NCBI GenBank assembly: GCA_040954595.2
Contig: CM082579.2
Location: forward strand, 3,957,227 to 4,021,226
Length of the DNA stretch: 64,000 nucleotides
Reading direction: 5' to 3'
From: Balanoglossus misakiensis
Lineage: Eukaryota > Animalia > Hemichordata
Shown here piece by piece: positions 1 to 12,507 of this stretch; the first letter of the stretch is position 1, and each line of letters starts with the position of its first letter. Both the position numbers and the translations under genes were made by a program. Under the pieces are notes generated by a model that made no database searches, was not told where the DNA came from, and worked only from the letters and a program-made list of their open reading frames with translations.

Positions 1-3000
1 CCTGGAATTCGTGGCGGTGTAGATGACATTGTAGGTGCCCCAGCGAAACGCGGCGCCGTTGGCATAGTTCGGAGGCGTCACTTCGATGTATTGGTCCCCA
101 CTCACCAGGGTGAACCGTGGTTCTGGCCAGCTGACGACGGTGCTGCTGTCCGTGGCCGTGATGTTCTGGTCCGCAGGGCAGAATTCGACTTCCGGGGGGA
201 GTTCATCTGAAAAGTGGGTAGATGTGGAGGTTATCCTCCGTTATTACCACGAGATTGAGGAGGCAGGGCAAAGGGTGTAATTAAAGTAGCTGCACGGGAA
301 ATGCAAAATAGCCTGGTGTTTTTGCCGGTCAATGCTCTTGTCTACAGCTAGCCCTGAAATTAATACCAGTATCCGACTTACCCCGTATGTAAATTGGGAA
401 ACTACACTTGACGCTGTTTCCAGAATCGTCTGACATCGTGTACGCGATCGTGGTGTCGCGTGTGAAGTTGTGTGGTGGTGAAATACCGACAGGGTCCACC
501 ACGACGGTCACAGCGCCCCCAGAGTTGTCCGTGGCACTCGGAATGTCCCAGCCAATCGTGACGTAGGGCGAGTCGGATTCAAGAGTGCCGTATTTTGGCC
601 CGGGACAGGATTCCAACAGTGGCGCGGTTTTGTCTGCAGAGAAAAAATCATGACGATACTTATTTCTAGTTGATCAAAACAACTAACATCGAAGTCTCCG
701 ATCAGAGACGGTTCTACGGCTTCTTGTTCGACAATCGGGGTTTCCATGAAAATGAAGAGAGTCAGTCGACACCAAACCAGCCGGCCATATCTGCTGCCCA
801 TATCACCTTTGGAGAAATTTAACTACTGGTATACACCATCATACCTTCACATACTGGATGAGTTGTGTCGCCAAGCCACTGCCCAGTCTCGTCGCACGAC
901 ACGGGACCTGTATTTCCCGCAGCGCTAAAGCCGCTCTTGCAAGTATACTGACACGTGGTGCCATAGTAAAGCGATATCGACCCGCTGCAGATGCTGGGAT
1001 ACGTTCCGCCGTTCGCGGGAGCCGTCAGGGGGTCACATGACACCACTGCAATAAATAGAATGGGATACGATAAACACAGGAATTGAGTGAAAAGATACAA
1101 ACATATTTCAGTCGTAAAAAATATATAAAAGGTTAATTAACAGCATAACAATTCAGGTGGCGTTCGACCAGTGACCAATACCGCATGATAAATTCTCTCT
1201 ATTCTGACGTCACCGCGAAGCGCTTGATTCACCTTGGCAGGTTGGCTGTTGCGTTCTCTCCCAGTATCCCCTGTCGTCCACGAATTCGCAGGTGGCGTTT
1301 TCGGAGCCGACTAGTTCGTAGCCAGACTGACACGTCACCGAACACGTACTGCCGTAGGCGTTGTCACAGTCACCGACGAAAAGTCCAAAGACGGGCGGTT
1401 GCAACTGAGGACATCGACGAACTGGAAAGAAAGAAATAACACATACACAAACTAGTTACTTCCAGTCTTCCATTGGACATCCCGGTGTTTTCGTGGAAGA
1501 GCAGTGTTTTGGTATTCGGTTCTCTTAATTTGTTTTAGTTGCGGAGAGATTTACAGTAGCACTGCCGTTGACTTGCCAGGATATAAGGCCACCTTGATTA
1601 CTATTATAAATATTCTGGTCGCATATACATTTTGTACACTGTCATCGTTTGTTACCTGAAACTTCCACGTCAAAGGCACACGTCGCCTCCAATCCTGCGC
1701 CATCCACAGCTGTGTATTCTACCCTGTGCTCTCCCACAGCCAGTGAAGCGCCGGGAGACAAGGTCAATGTCATGGTAACGCTGCCCGAGTTGTCTTCGGC
1801 CGACGGGTCGGGCCAGGTCACCTGCGTTGACGTCATTCCTCTGTCGGCATGGGCTGTCATGTCATCCGGGCAAGTCAGGAAACGTGGGGGTTCATTGTCT
1901 GCATACAGAAAGACAATGTACAATATTCTTATACCGCATAGTTTAGCATCACCATCACATTAACAACAGCAACAACAACAACAACAACAACAAATTTGGA
2001 GGTGGTGGTGGTTGTGGTGGATTGTTAAAATGAGATTTAAAAAACGATTGACGTACCCACACAGGTCAAGTTGGTCGTGGCTGGAATCCACTGCGCATTC
2101 CCGGAACAACTAACCAAGTCATAACCACGTGGTTGCAGTTGGTAGCCAGGTGACTGGCAGTAGAACACGCAGCTGTCTTGATATTCTGGTGACGTCATGC
2201 ATTTGCCTGGCCGTACACCGACGCTTGGCAGGGGAGACAGCGCTGAGCACGTGGCCACTGGCAATTGAATGTAAAACAAGTTTTTAAAAGATGGATTATC
2301 AGCGAGATTTTAGGTATTTCTCTTTTCTTCACTGAGGTCTGCCTGTCCTTTAGGAAACATGTACACCCATTGACGATTTTAGCATTATCACAGGCCATTT
2401 TGATTTGAAGTTTCATATGGAGAGAAATAACACGAAATTTTAAATAATACAAACTGTGACGTACTCTCGCAGGCAAAAGTACCAGGTGTCCATGTACCAT
2501 CGTCCCGACACAGAAACTGTCTTTGTCCGACTGGTTTGTAACCGAAGGGACAATACATGTGACATGTGGTGCCGTAGTTTTCAGTGGCGGGAGGTTCGTT
2601 GATGCATCCTGATTTGATGGCGTGTTCCGGCGTTGCCATGGCATCGCAGGTCACAACTAAAGAAAGAGGAAACACACTACAACATTAGAAACATGGCTTC
2701 AATATAACGGTTTTGCTCAGTTTTTGATTGAATTCACGAATGTTCAAACGCGTCACACATATTAGTGCTGGTATTAAAGCGCGTGCCATAAAAACTTACT
2801 TTCGCATTGGACGTCACTTCCGGTCCAGGCCACACTGCTCTGAGAAGTCTTGTCACATGTCCTGTTTGACGAACCGACCAGGGTGTATCCACGGTTGCAT
2901 TTGACGCTGCACACCGATCCATACACGCTATCACTAGGACAACTGTCATAGGAACCACTGGCAGGAATTGGCAATCTTGGGCAGCGAAGTACTATGATTG

Positions 3001-6000
3001 TAAAGATTTAAAAATGTCACTTCTGTTTACACTAAATGAAAAAGCACCTCTACAAGTTCATGTGTTAAATTGACCCTAATTTTCTAAATCATAAAAATCT
3101 CATCCTAATAACATTCATAAAAACAGACGTGGACAAAACTTATGTCATGTATCGGTGAAGTGTTTTCTGTGAACGCACAGAAAACACCAACAATTTTCAG
3201 AAAACCCTTACCGTTCACTCGAATATTGACGTCACACTGGGCACCGTTTCCAGCCTCGTCGACAGCAATGAAAGTAACAGTGGTGACTCCTTCGTTAAAT
3301 GTATCTCCAGAGCCACGATGTCCGTCAACCCTGAAAGAGGAGAATTTTTCTAGTCGTCAAAATCCATGTATCCCACCACTGAGACTTCACGAAAAACTGA
3401 ATAGTCGCCATATTAACCATGTTGAAATCAATTGTTCTCTTTCTTTTGTGATTGCAGAAATGATACAAGAAAACGAGGCATCATTTGTGAGGTTCTCAGA
3501 AGACCAACTTTGTTTTACCTGGTTACGGTAGCTCTGCCGGAATTGTCAGTTGCTGTCGGCTCCGTAAACGTGACTATCGCCGACGTGGTACCGCTATCAG
3601 CATACACGTCGATGTAGTTCGGGCAAATGTCATCGAACTGCGGTGGTTCTCTGTCTTCACAATTCGGTGATCGTGCGTCGCTCCACAACCCTGACTGGAG
3701 ACACTGTTTACTGTAGGGCCCGGTCTGTATGTAGCCGGAGTTACAGCCAAGTTGACAGGTCGTTCCATATGGCACCTCCTGGGCGTCTGTGCAGTCACTT
3801 GGCGATATTGTACCGTTTGTCAGTACGGGCAGGGGACTACACGTGATCACTGAAATACAACAAATTTCTTGGTTCTATCAATTACACAATGGTGCAGTGT
3901 TATACATGTATTTCAATTAACGTCATCTTATTTCACCACTTAGCGACACACTAGTACCTATACTCTTGTGCACATGCGCTATTGTGTCCACTGCTAGTTC
4001 CACTACATACCGATGCATTCTGGGATATCCGCACTCCAGGTGCTGTCCGCCATGCATTGCCTGCTGACCGATGTGTCCCCGTAAGCAGTCTTGTAACCGA
4101 TGTCGCAGTTGAACTGACAGACGCTGCGGTAGTCGACCTCGTCGGCAGGGCAACCAGACACATACGCGTTGGGGATGCTCGGAATAAGGCACGTGTTTGC
4201 TAATGAAAGTGGAAGTGGAAAGCAATAAGACAGAGAGACATCTAGTACGTGACATCCAAGGCTAATATCTGCATGTGCTTTCGACATTTTCAAAACGAGC
4301 ATAGTCTACATTACCAAGAGTTGATGTGCGTCGTAAAATAAACTCTAGGATAAAATTTGCATTGATTTTGTAAACGAGTTGTTTCCATGTTTATCTGTGG
4401 CATGATTCTCATCGAAAATAGTCAGCTAATCCTGCCCCACATATGACCTATAGCACTCAACGACCTCCCTGTAAAACACGGCTGTCTTTCCCTGTCTTCA
4501 TCTCCCCATATCAGACTTACGTTGGCACGCTGGTTGAGTGCCATCCCAGTACCCTACAGTTGTGGTGGCGCTGGCCCGCTCACACTTCCGCTGCGCGTTG
4601 TTGTCGTCGTCCAGCGAGTAGCCCTCTTCACAGGAGATATCACAGAACTGGCCGTAGGTGGCCCTATCACACCCGCTCTCGCCGGTCGCCATGGTGGCCA
4701 ATCCGTTGATTGGAGGCGCCAGTGGTGGGCATCGCGTAACTGTAAATGTTGGACGAAACAGAGGTGTTATGGACAGTGATCACTAAGCTGATGCGTGTGA
4801 ATAGACCCCAAAACTGAAGATTTCATTTTATTCTCTACGGAAACGACAGCAAGTTGGAATTTTCTACGTACCCCTGACTTCGATGTCAAAACTGCAAGTC
4901 GAACTGTGGCCCGAGAGATCGACCACCTTGTATTCCAGGATGTGGGTCCCTTCCTGCAGCACCGTTGGCTTAGTGAAGGCCTGGTTGGAATTTATGCTGT
5001 GGAGCGTTGCGGTGATACTGACTCCGCCATCGACGCCCTTGTTTTAAAATTCGGAAAAGAAGGATGGTGTTGGTAAAATAACATCCACGAAATCGTTGAG
5101 AACGATCACTTGGATCAGTGCTAAATGTCTCAATCGAACTTCGTTTCTTCATACAACATGCTACACACACTCGACATAATTTGATTTATCTTAAAGGTCC
5201 GGTAGTAGAACAAGATGGCTGAAATTTACCTGTAGTGGTTCCCATTCCCACAGAATGGGAGCGAACGTTTTGCCTTCCGCAGTGAAAATCAGCTGGTCGG
5301 CGGGACACTGCAACGTTGGTGGCGCCTCGTCTGTGTGAATGGAAAAAATGGAGGCATAAAAGTTACCAGATCGATGTACAGTGAAATGCGCTCTTCCGAA
5401 GGTCAAAGAACACGTGATAAGTACTGAAAAGGGAAAGAGAGAAAGAGAAGATGTCCAAGAAGACGAGTACCTGTGCAGACAAGGTCAATGCCATCCCATA
5501 CTCCACTCGCGAGACACATTCTGTTGTACGACCCAGTGCCGGTGTAACCCTCGTTGCATCGAAAACTGCAGGAGTGTCCGTATTCTTGAGGCAGCGTGGT
5601 ATCTCTGGAGCAACTCTCTACAGTTCCGTTTACAGGTGCAGTCGGGGGTGGACAGGTTACCACTAGAAAAAGAAAAAAATGTAAGTTAATAAAATGTGTA
5701 CTACACAATCACGGAAAGGTGTTCTTTAGTTTTTAATGTATTAGGTAAGAATGCGTGATGCGAGTTTCAATGAAATTCCACAATGATTTAATCGTGTCGA
5801 TAATTAAGCGTTTTTTGAGTTTCAGAAATAAAATACCCCAGTCGGATACATCTCCGCCCTACTCTACCTTTACAACGGACGATGTTATACTGACCTGTAC
5901 ACTCGATCGTTCCCATGGGGTCTGTACCGTCCGTCCAAACACCACTTCCCGAGCCATCGACCTTGCACACTCTCTGGACGGGTGTTGACGGCTCGTAACC

Positions 6001-9000
6001 GTGGTGACAGAGCAGTGTACACGTAGTTCCGAACACCTCTTCTTGGTTCGGGCAGCCATTTTTCAGTCCGTTGCTAGGTGGCGGTAAGGCGCTGGAGTCG
6101 CATGTTATGGCTAGGCGACGAAATTAATGGCAGAGGACGCAAAAGTTAGAGAATGTTGAGTTACTGCCTCTGTTCCTTGCACGATTACAATTAGCGTGAT
6201 TTTAATAACAGAAGACACTTACAGTTACAAATGGGCGGGAAGACTTCGGCATGCCATCGACCCTCTGCGGTACACGTCATGCTGTCAGATCCTGTCAAAT
6301 AGTATCCCTCGCGACATTGGTACGAACATACTGTAGTGTAGGTTGGGGTGCTACCACTGCAGTCAGAGGGCGCTGTGCCCAGCAGTTCGGCATTGGTTGG
6401 GAGGTACCACAGAAACGGCGGACATGATTTTTCTGGAGAACAAGAGTTGATTGAAATTTGATCGTTATTTTTGTCTTAAACAGATTACAGACCCGGTTGC
6501 AGAAAAAATGACCTACTTGTGTTGTTAAACAAACGCTGAGTGGTTACCGAAAATGTAAACCACTGTTCCGAGCAGAATTCAAATATTTTAGCGGCACTGA
6601 CGTCTACCAGATGGAGCCGCCTCATCGACGATGCCAGTCTTACCTTTGCATTCCACGGGCGAGGTGGGGTACCAGTGCCCGGTGTCGTCGCCCTCATCGG
6701 CGACGCAGGTCCTGGTGGCGATGCCGTCAAGTTCGTAGCCATGGTTGCAGTCGAAGTAACACCAATCACCGAACGTGTTGCTGCACGTCATGTTGTTGGC
6801 GAATATGCCGTTGACGGGACGTTGTGCGGCGGGACATGTCAAAGCTGGAACAGAAGACACGAAATAATATTCGAAGTGTTTGGACCATGAAAAGTTTCTC
6901 GGCATTCCAACAAACTCAGGAGAGTCACTATGATAGAGCTTGGTCTTCTCGCTTCATTAGCAAATGCATCTAATTGTGTGGTAGATATTGCCCCCCCCCC
7001 CCCCCAAAAAAAATGCGAACAAACTTACATCCGCAGGTCGGCGCTTCCTCTGACCAGGTACCTTTGTGACCGCCACTGTTGACTTCGCAGGTAGCCTCGT
7101 TCGCACCATCGCGAGCGTAGCCTCGCTCGCAGACAAATTCACAGGAATGACCGTAGCTGTAGCCGTCACAGTTTGTGTAGCCGTGCCGGAGAGCAAGTAA
7201 CGGTGCGACACTGCACGAAATGACTGTAAGGAAAATTGTGTGCGTATATGTCAGTAAATCTAGCCGAGACAGATAGACAGACAGGCGGACAGAGAGAATG
7301 GAGCGAGTGTGAGACAGATCAGTTTCTTACAAGTTTCTTATAGGAACGGCGCGGTGAAAGTGGACCACGGATTCATTACACAGCCTACACTTACCTCTGA
7401 CAACCACGTTGAAAGCGCACGTCGTTGTAAGATCGCTCGCATCTTTCGCTTCATACTTGATCCTGTGGTAGAGGTCACTGTCAAATCTTGAACCGGACGG
7501 ACTTCCTTCGAGCAAAGTAATTGTCACCGGACTGCCGGAGTTGTCGCTCGCGTCGAGGTCCTCCCATTCAACGACCGCAGATTCCAAGCCTCGTTCGGCG
7601 TTCTTGACGATGAGGAAGTCCGGACAGTTTGTGAACTGCGGTGGTTGGATGTCTTCAAAATTAAAAAAAATGATACAGATGTTGTTTTTTATGATCATTG
7701 TTTATTATTCGGCGGTACTGTGACTAAATTTCGCTAATTTTAAACTTATTATTGGTAAGAGTGGAAGTCAGAAAGCGAGTTGACTAAAATATCAAAGTGT
7801 GAAAATACTCGCATGTAGGCCGGGATCACACTCCGAGCTTCGTAATCACATTGGTATTCTCGTACTATGCCTTCACCATTTATCACTATTTCTATTTTTA
7901 AAAATCCCTTGATTTGCCAAAGGGAAGCTGGATTTATGTTTTTCTTGAGTTTTTACCTCGACACGTTGGCAGAGTCGCAGACCACTGTTTGGTTTCCCGG
8001 CACACGACGTATTGGTTGATGAGAGGGTACACTTCGTATCCGGCATCACATATGAAGGAACACATGGAACGGTACAGCCTTCCATTGGGGCAGTTGATCT
8101 GACCATGGTCGATTACAGAGGAGCTTATGTCTGGGCACTGGATGGCTGCAAAACAACATGATGTAGGTTAGAAAGGCTATTTTCTGATCTGATGAATTGA
8201 AAAAAAATCACCGAACTTCGTTTCGAGCAAGCAAAGGAGGATCGAGGCACGAAAGGCTTCAAGCTCCGTTGTAGACTAAGTGACCACAGGGCGAAGAAAA
8301 ATTTAAAACATCGCGTATGCTTGCAAATGTCCATCTCAAACATTATGTGTAGTCAAAAAGTCTTACTTGTGCACTCTGGTGGCGCTGCACTCCACGCATC
8401 GTTGGAGCCACACGTCACTGTACTCGGGCCGCTAAGTTCAGCCCCTGTCACGCACGAGAACGTGCACTGTGAACCAAACAGTTCTTCCGCGTCACACTGA
8501 AGAGAGCCCTGTGAGGGCGCATACAGACGCTCACATTCTTTCACTGTAGCACAGACGAGATAAGCAGAAATCAACGCGGATTATTGCCACAGTTCACCCT
8601 AGAATATCGATACCTAACACGTTATTATTCAACATAACCATAGACAGTGCTGGATAGTATAAAATGCATTTATCTAGTAATCTTCACTCACATTTTACTT
8701 GAAAAGTGAAACTGCAAAATCCAGTGGCCCCCTTGCTGTCCTTGGCCTCGTACGTGACGTGGTATCCACCGACACTGAAGTCCGACCCCGATTTGTAGGG
8801 ACTGGTGTTGGTGGTGGAGACGCTCCCGTCTTCGTCGTCGGTCGCTGTTGCATCGTCCCATTGTACCTTGACCGTTGTCTTTTTCTCCGCCGGATAGTGG
8901 ACGGGGCTTACAGTTGGGCATTTCAAGACAGGGGGTGTCGGTACGACGACTTAGTAAATTGAGAGAGACGTTTTACGAGGTCATACACCATTTTCAAGTT

Positions 9001-10005
9001 AAGCGCCCTCACGTATAGCCATCATGAATTTCAACTCAAAGCGAGGCCAATGGGGAAAAGTTGACCAATAACAACAAGGGATTTTCCCCCATGGGCCTCG
9101 CTTTGAGTTCAAATTCATGAAGCTGCACGAGAGCGCCAGACTTACGAAAAGGGTGTATTATACGGACCTTTGTACACAGCCGCATAGTAGCTGAGACACA
9201 CAGACAAGGTGATACACAAATGATATGGAAAGACATTGTGCAAAGAAAGAGATCCGAATAAATCCAATAATTTGAAGAAAAAAATCATCTACAAATGTAA
9301 ACTAGTATTTGAAAAGACTACCTCTTGGCGCTGGTTGTTCTGGACACAACCACCCGAAGAGCCCACATGTAATTCCTGTCACTCCGTTCACGATGCCTCC
9401 AATTGTGTCCACGACGCCTCCAATGAGGCCCACTATGGGATTTATAAAGCTCACTGCACTTGTGATTCCGCTAACGATGCTGGAGAAAAACCCACCATCT
9501 ATAAAGCAAGTTGGGTTACGTCTGTTATTGAAAGATTCGTACACACGGCCACTAATACTTGCAATTGGTGAAATACCACCAATAGGCCTACACATTACTG
9601 GTAAGATTCGGCGTCGGATAAGCGAAATTGAAAGCATGCAAAGACGGACGTTTATTATATCGGGCCCACGTTTTAGCTCCCTTACGAATGTACTTTTTTC
9701 CTAAAAGTGTCTATTTTCTATATTTTACTTCTGTTCAGAATAGTTCGAACACGAGCAGCGACCGCGCTGATCTTTCTTTACTGATTAAGAAAGTGCTTTG
9801 CTCAAGGCTTTGAAATCGCGCTGTGGTAAAAATGGCCGAGTATACCATTTGAAGCTGCCGACTTGGTGATCTGAAATCGCTGGGTGCTGCAGGTGAAAGT
9901 TAAGCCAATAATGGCGAACAATTGAACGTGCCTGCGAAATCAAAACTCACCTGTTGGGGTAGCCAGCAAAACGAGAATAAACGACACCGCTAGCAGTTTC
10001 GGCAT
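1..10005 (-). CDS. Large secreted Sushi/CCP + HYR repeat protein (SVEP1/SRPX/hyalin-like architecture). About 25 exons lie in the window; the gene is 3'-truncated by the window edge.
   Basis: Signal-peptide exon 9951-10005 (MPKLLAVSFILVLLATPT, donor GTGAG), then exon 9322-9498 (Gly-rich hydrophobic peptide). Mostly phase-1 one-domain exons follow. HYR: 8692-8949, ~7395-7652, ~5230-5330 plus ~4872-5039, part of ~3519-3850 plus ~3212-3331, ~1656-1899, ~382-633, <1-207 (motif D..PP...CP...V.W..P.A.DNSG...Y.A.D..G....C.F...V). About 15 CCP modules (C....C.F.C..GY.L.G....C....W....P.C), e.g. 8367-8543, ~6223-6432, ~1232-1422. Confidence 0.88.
9022..9120. repeat. Intronic inverted repeat or hairpin (~38-bp arms, ~22-nt loop), possible MITE
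   Basis: Left arm tcatgaatttcaactcaaagcgaggccaatggggaaaa; reverse complement of right arm tcatgaatttgaactcaaagcgaggcccatgggggaaaa (2 mismatches, 1 indel). Confidence 0.85.
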
Positions 10006-10741
10006 ATTCCTCCGATGTCAGTGTCGTTCTCACAAGTACGGAGTGTTTCTGCGCTTTTGTTTGCTCTGAATCGAGAGATGGCGTCATAGACCAAAGGAAA
10101 GTCCCGAAATGGAATGAGGAACCAAAACGAGGGAAAATATATGACTTGGAATATTGCCAGATCAATTAGCTCAAGGCCAAAAAGACCGTCATTTGATAAA
10201 CGACCAAGGTGTACGTACGTAGCCTTCGAGAAAAAAACAAAAACGTGGTATTTTACGCAAACAGTTTAATATTGAATAATTTTAGTCGATAATGCTTTTT
10301 GTAAACCAGAAGATACCCCCGACCTGTGCGATTTCCATCTCAATGGAGAACTTTATATATTTTGGCAGCCACTGTTCGTCTATTTTGAACAATTGACAAT
10401 CGTAATTCTATCTCAAAAATGGCTTGCATGCATACATTACAATTGTACATTTCCAAGCTAGCAGAACTCTAGTTGAAATTATCTGTTCTGAATTCGATTT
10501 TCAAGTGAAAGTATTAGCCGGGGGCTTTTTATTGACTAACCCGCACATAAAACTTTTACTGTCGGGCGTCGGTACGGTGGATACAAAGGGCTTGATCCGG
10601 GTCAACCACTCTTGTTGAAGAACACCATTCAAAGTGGAATGCACGAAACTCAAACAGGGAGTACATTTACAGTGCCGAACAAAGAAAACGGCGCACAAAT
10701 CCGGCTAGGGTCAACATCGAACAACAGGTGTATTGATTGCT

Positions 10742-10755
10742 GTTGCTAGGGCAAC
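10742..10755. promoter_or_regulatory. RFX X-box-like palindrome upstream of the Sushi/HYR gene
   Basis: GTTGCTAGGGCAAC matches the RFX consensus GTNRCC/Y-N-RGYAAC and lies ~740 bp upstream of the ATG at 10005. Confidence 0.4.
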
Positions 10756-11559
10756 GAGGTAGTCTGTTGATCTATCCCCATTGTCGCCCGAAGGACAGAC
10801 TCCATATTTGCCTGACCTGAGCTGACCCAAAGATTTTTCAGTCTACGAATCATTTACTAATTTGAACGAACGCAGACAGTGCTTCCAGACAACATTCTAC
10901 ACGCTGAATTCAGAACAAGGATTTTTACGGGTTCCTTTCAACTCAGTCCAGCAAGTGAAATTTACTAACCAACATCAGTGATGCAATGTGAACCGGCCAG
11001 ATTTGTCCAGTGGATTGTCTGCATGTGTGTAGCGCAATATGTTTTTTTACTTCCTAGTTTCGAATTGACTCGCGGCAAATTCTGTAGTTTTATTATTGTC
11101 GGCAAATGTGTTCAATGAATCTCACACGTGTTAGCGTGAGATGACGTCAATTGTGACTGTTTATTTGGAATGGGCTTAAAAACCCAGAGAGTGGAGTATC
11201 GGGGAAACGGGAACGGACGAGAACAGAACAATAAATTCTTGTCATAAAAAAATGCGTCATCGGAACATCGATAGAAGCTTGTCCAATCAAACAAGCAAAA
11301 CAACATTAGACTTTGCATCCATGTGACAATCACACGAGTCTTAGTTTTGTGGGAGAAGTTGTTGTTACACCCCCCCCCCTCCCCCCCCCCCCACACACAC
11401 ACAGGGAGGGATTGTGATGTATCTATTTATTGAGTTTCTCAACGACAAATTCGGCTGTGAGAGAGAAAACTTTGCTACACGTCCATATATTGTCGTGGCG
11501 ATCACGCATTTTTTAGCAGATGTTTCCGCTATTTTGATAATATATGCTTTGTTCTGTGA

Positions 11560-11647
11560 TGTGTTGTGTTGTGTTGTGTTGTGTTGTGTTGTGTTGTGTT
11601 GTGTTGTGTTGTGTTGTGTTGTGTTGTGTTGTGTTGTGTTGTGTTGT
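11560..11647. repeat. (TTGTG)n pentanucleotide microsatellite
   Basis: About 17 tandem copies of gtgtt, seen directly. Confidence 0.95.
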
Positions 11648-12346
11648 TTACGAATGATTAGAGTCCAGTCGGAAAAGCTGTACAATCTCTGTATGCATGG
11701 TTAATGTTTATCTGCGCAACAAAAGGAATAATCGCTAGGACGATAGCCGGTTAAATGATTGCCTCGGCACCGACCATAGTCCTTCCACCCGGACTCGACC
11801 TATTGTTATACGAACTGTTCCCTGCAGTTGGTGCCTGTCCCCGTAGCATGGTCCGCGGTGTACCGGTAGTATCTTCTATGATGTGGAGAGACCATCTTTG
11901 TATCACTACATGCAGAGATCATCTAAAACGTATTTGAGCGCGACCAGGTGGCTTTGTAAGTAATAAGCGACAACGTGGACTAGTTTGGCAACAGGGTGGG
12001 ACAATAACATAGCGGAACAACATAACGGTACGTGCAGACTGGTCATTCCCAGGTATATTTGGCATACCCGTCTTGGAGATTAAGGACTGATAAAGTGTAA
12101 TTCCGTGAGTATATTTGACCGTGTAGGCACCGTGCATATTCCCCTAACCGCATTCGATAACAAAGACCGCGCTCATCTGGTCACGTCTTCATTATCTTGA
12201 CAGTTCGAAGGTCATTTGAACGCTGTCGTCATCTTCACTCCCTGATAGTTAAAGATTAACACCAAACAGAGCCAGACTATGAGATCAGATTAGGGCTTGT
12301 CTTTTTATGTCGAGGAATATAAATTGATTATTCTGTAAAGAATACA

Positions 12347-12392
12347 TCCTCCTCCTCCTCCTCCTCCTCCTCCTCCTCCTCCTCACCATCAC

Positions 12393-12444
<52 letters not shown>
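12347..12444. repeat. Compound (CCT)n(CAT)n trinucleotide microsatellite ~60 bp upstream of the GT14 start codon
   Basis: Read directly. It produces the spurious poly-M/poly-R ORF 12285-12515. Confidence 0.95.
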
Positions 12445-12507
12445 GACATCAGTGGATAATTTTCGTCTCGATCATCTTCACAGACACAGCGACACATATG
12501 ATCTACG

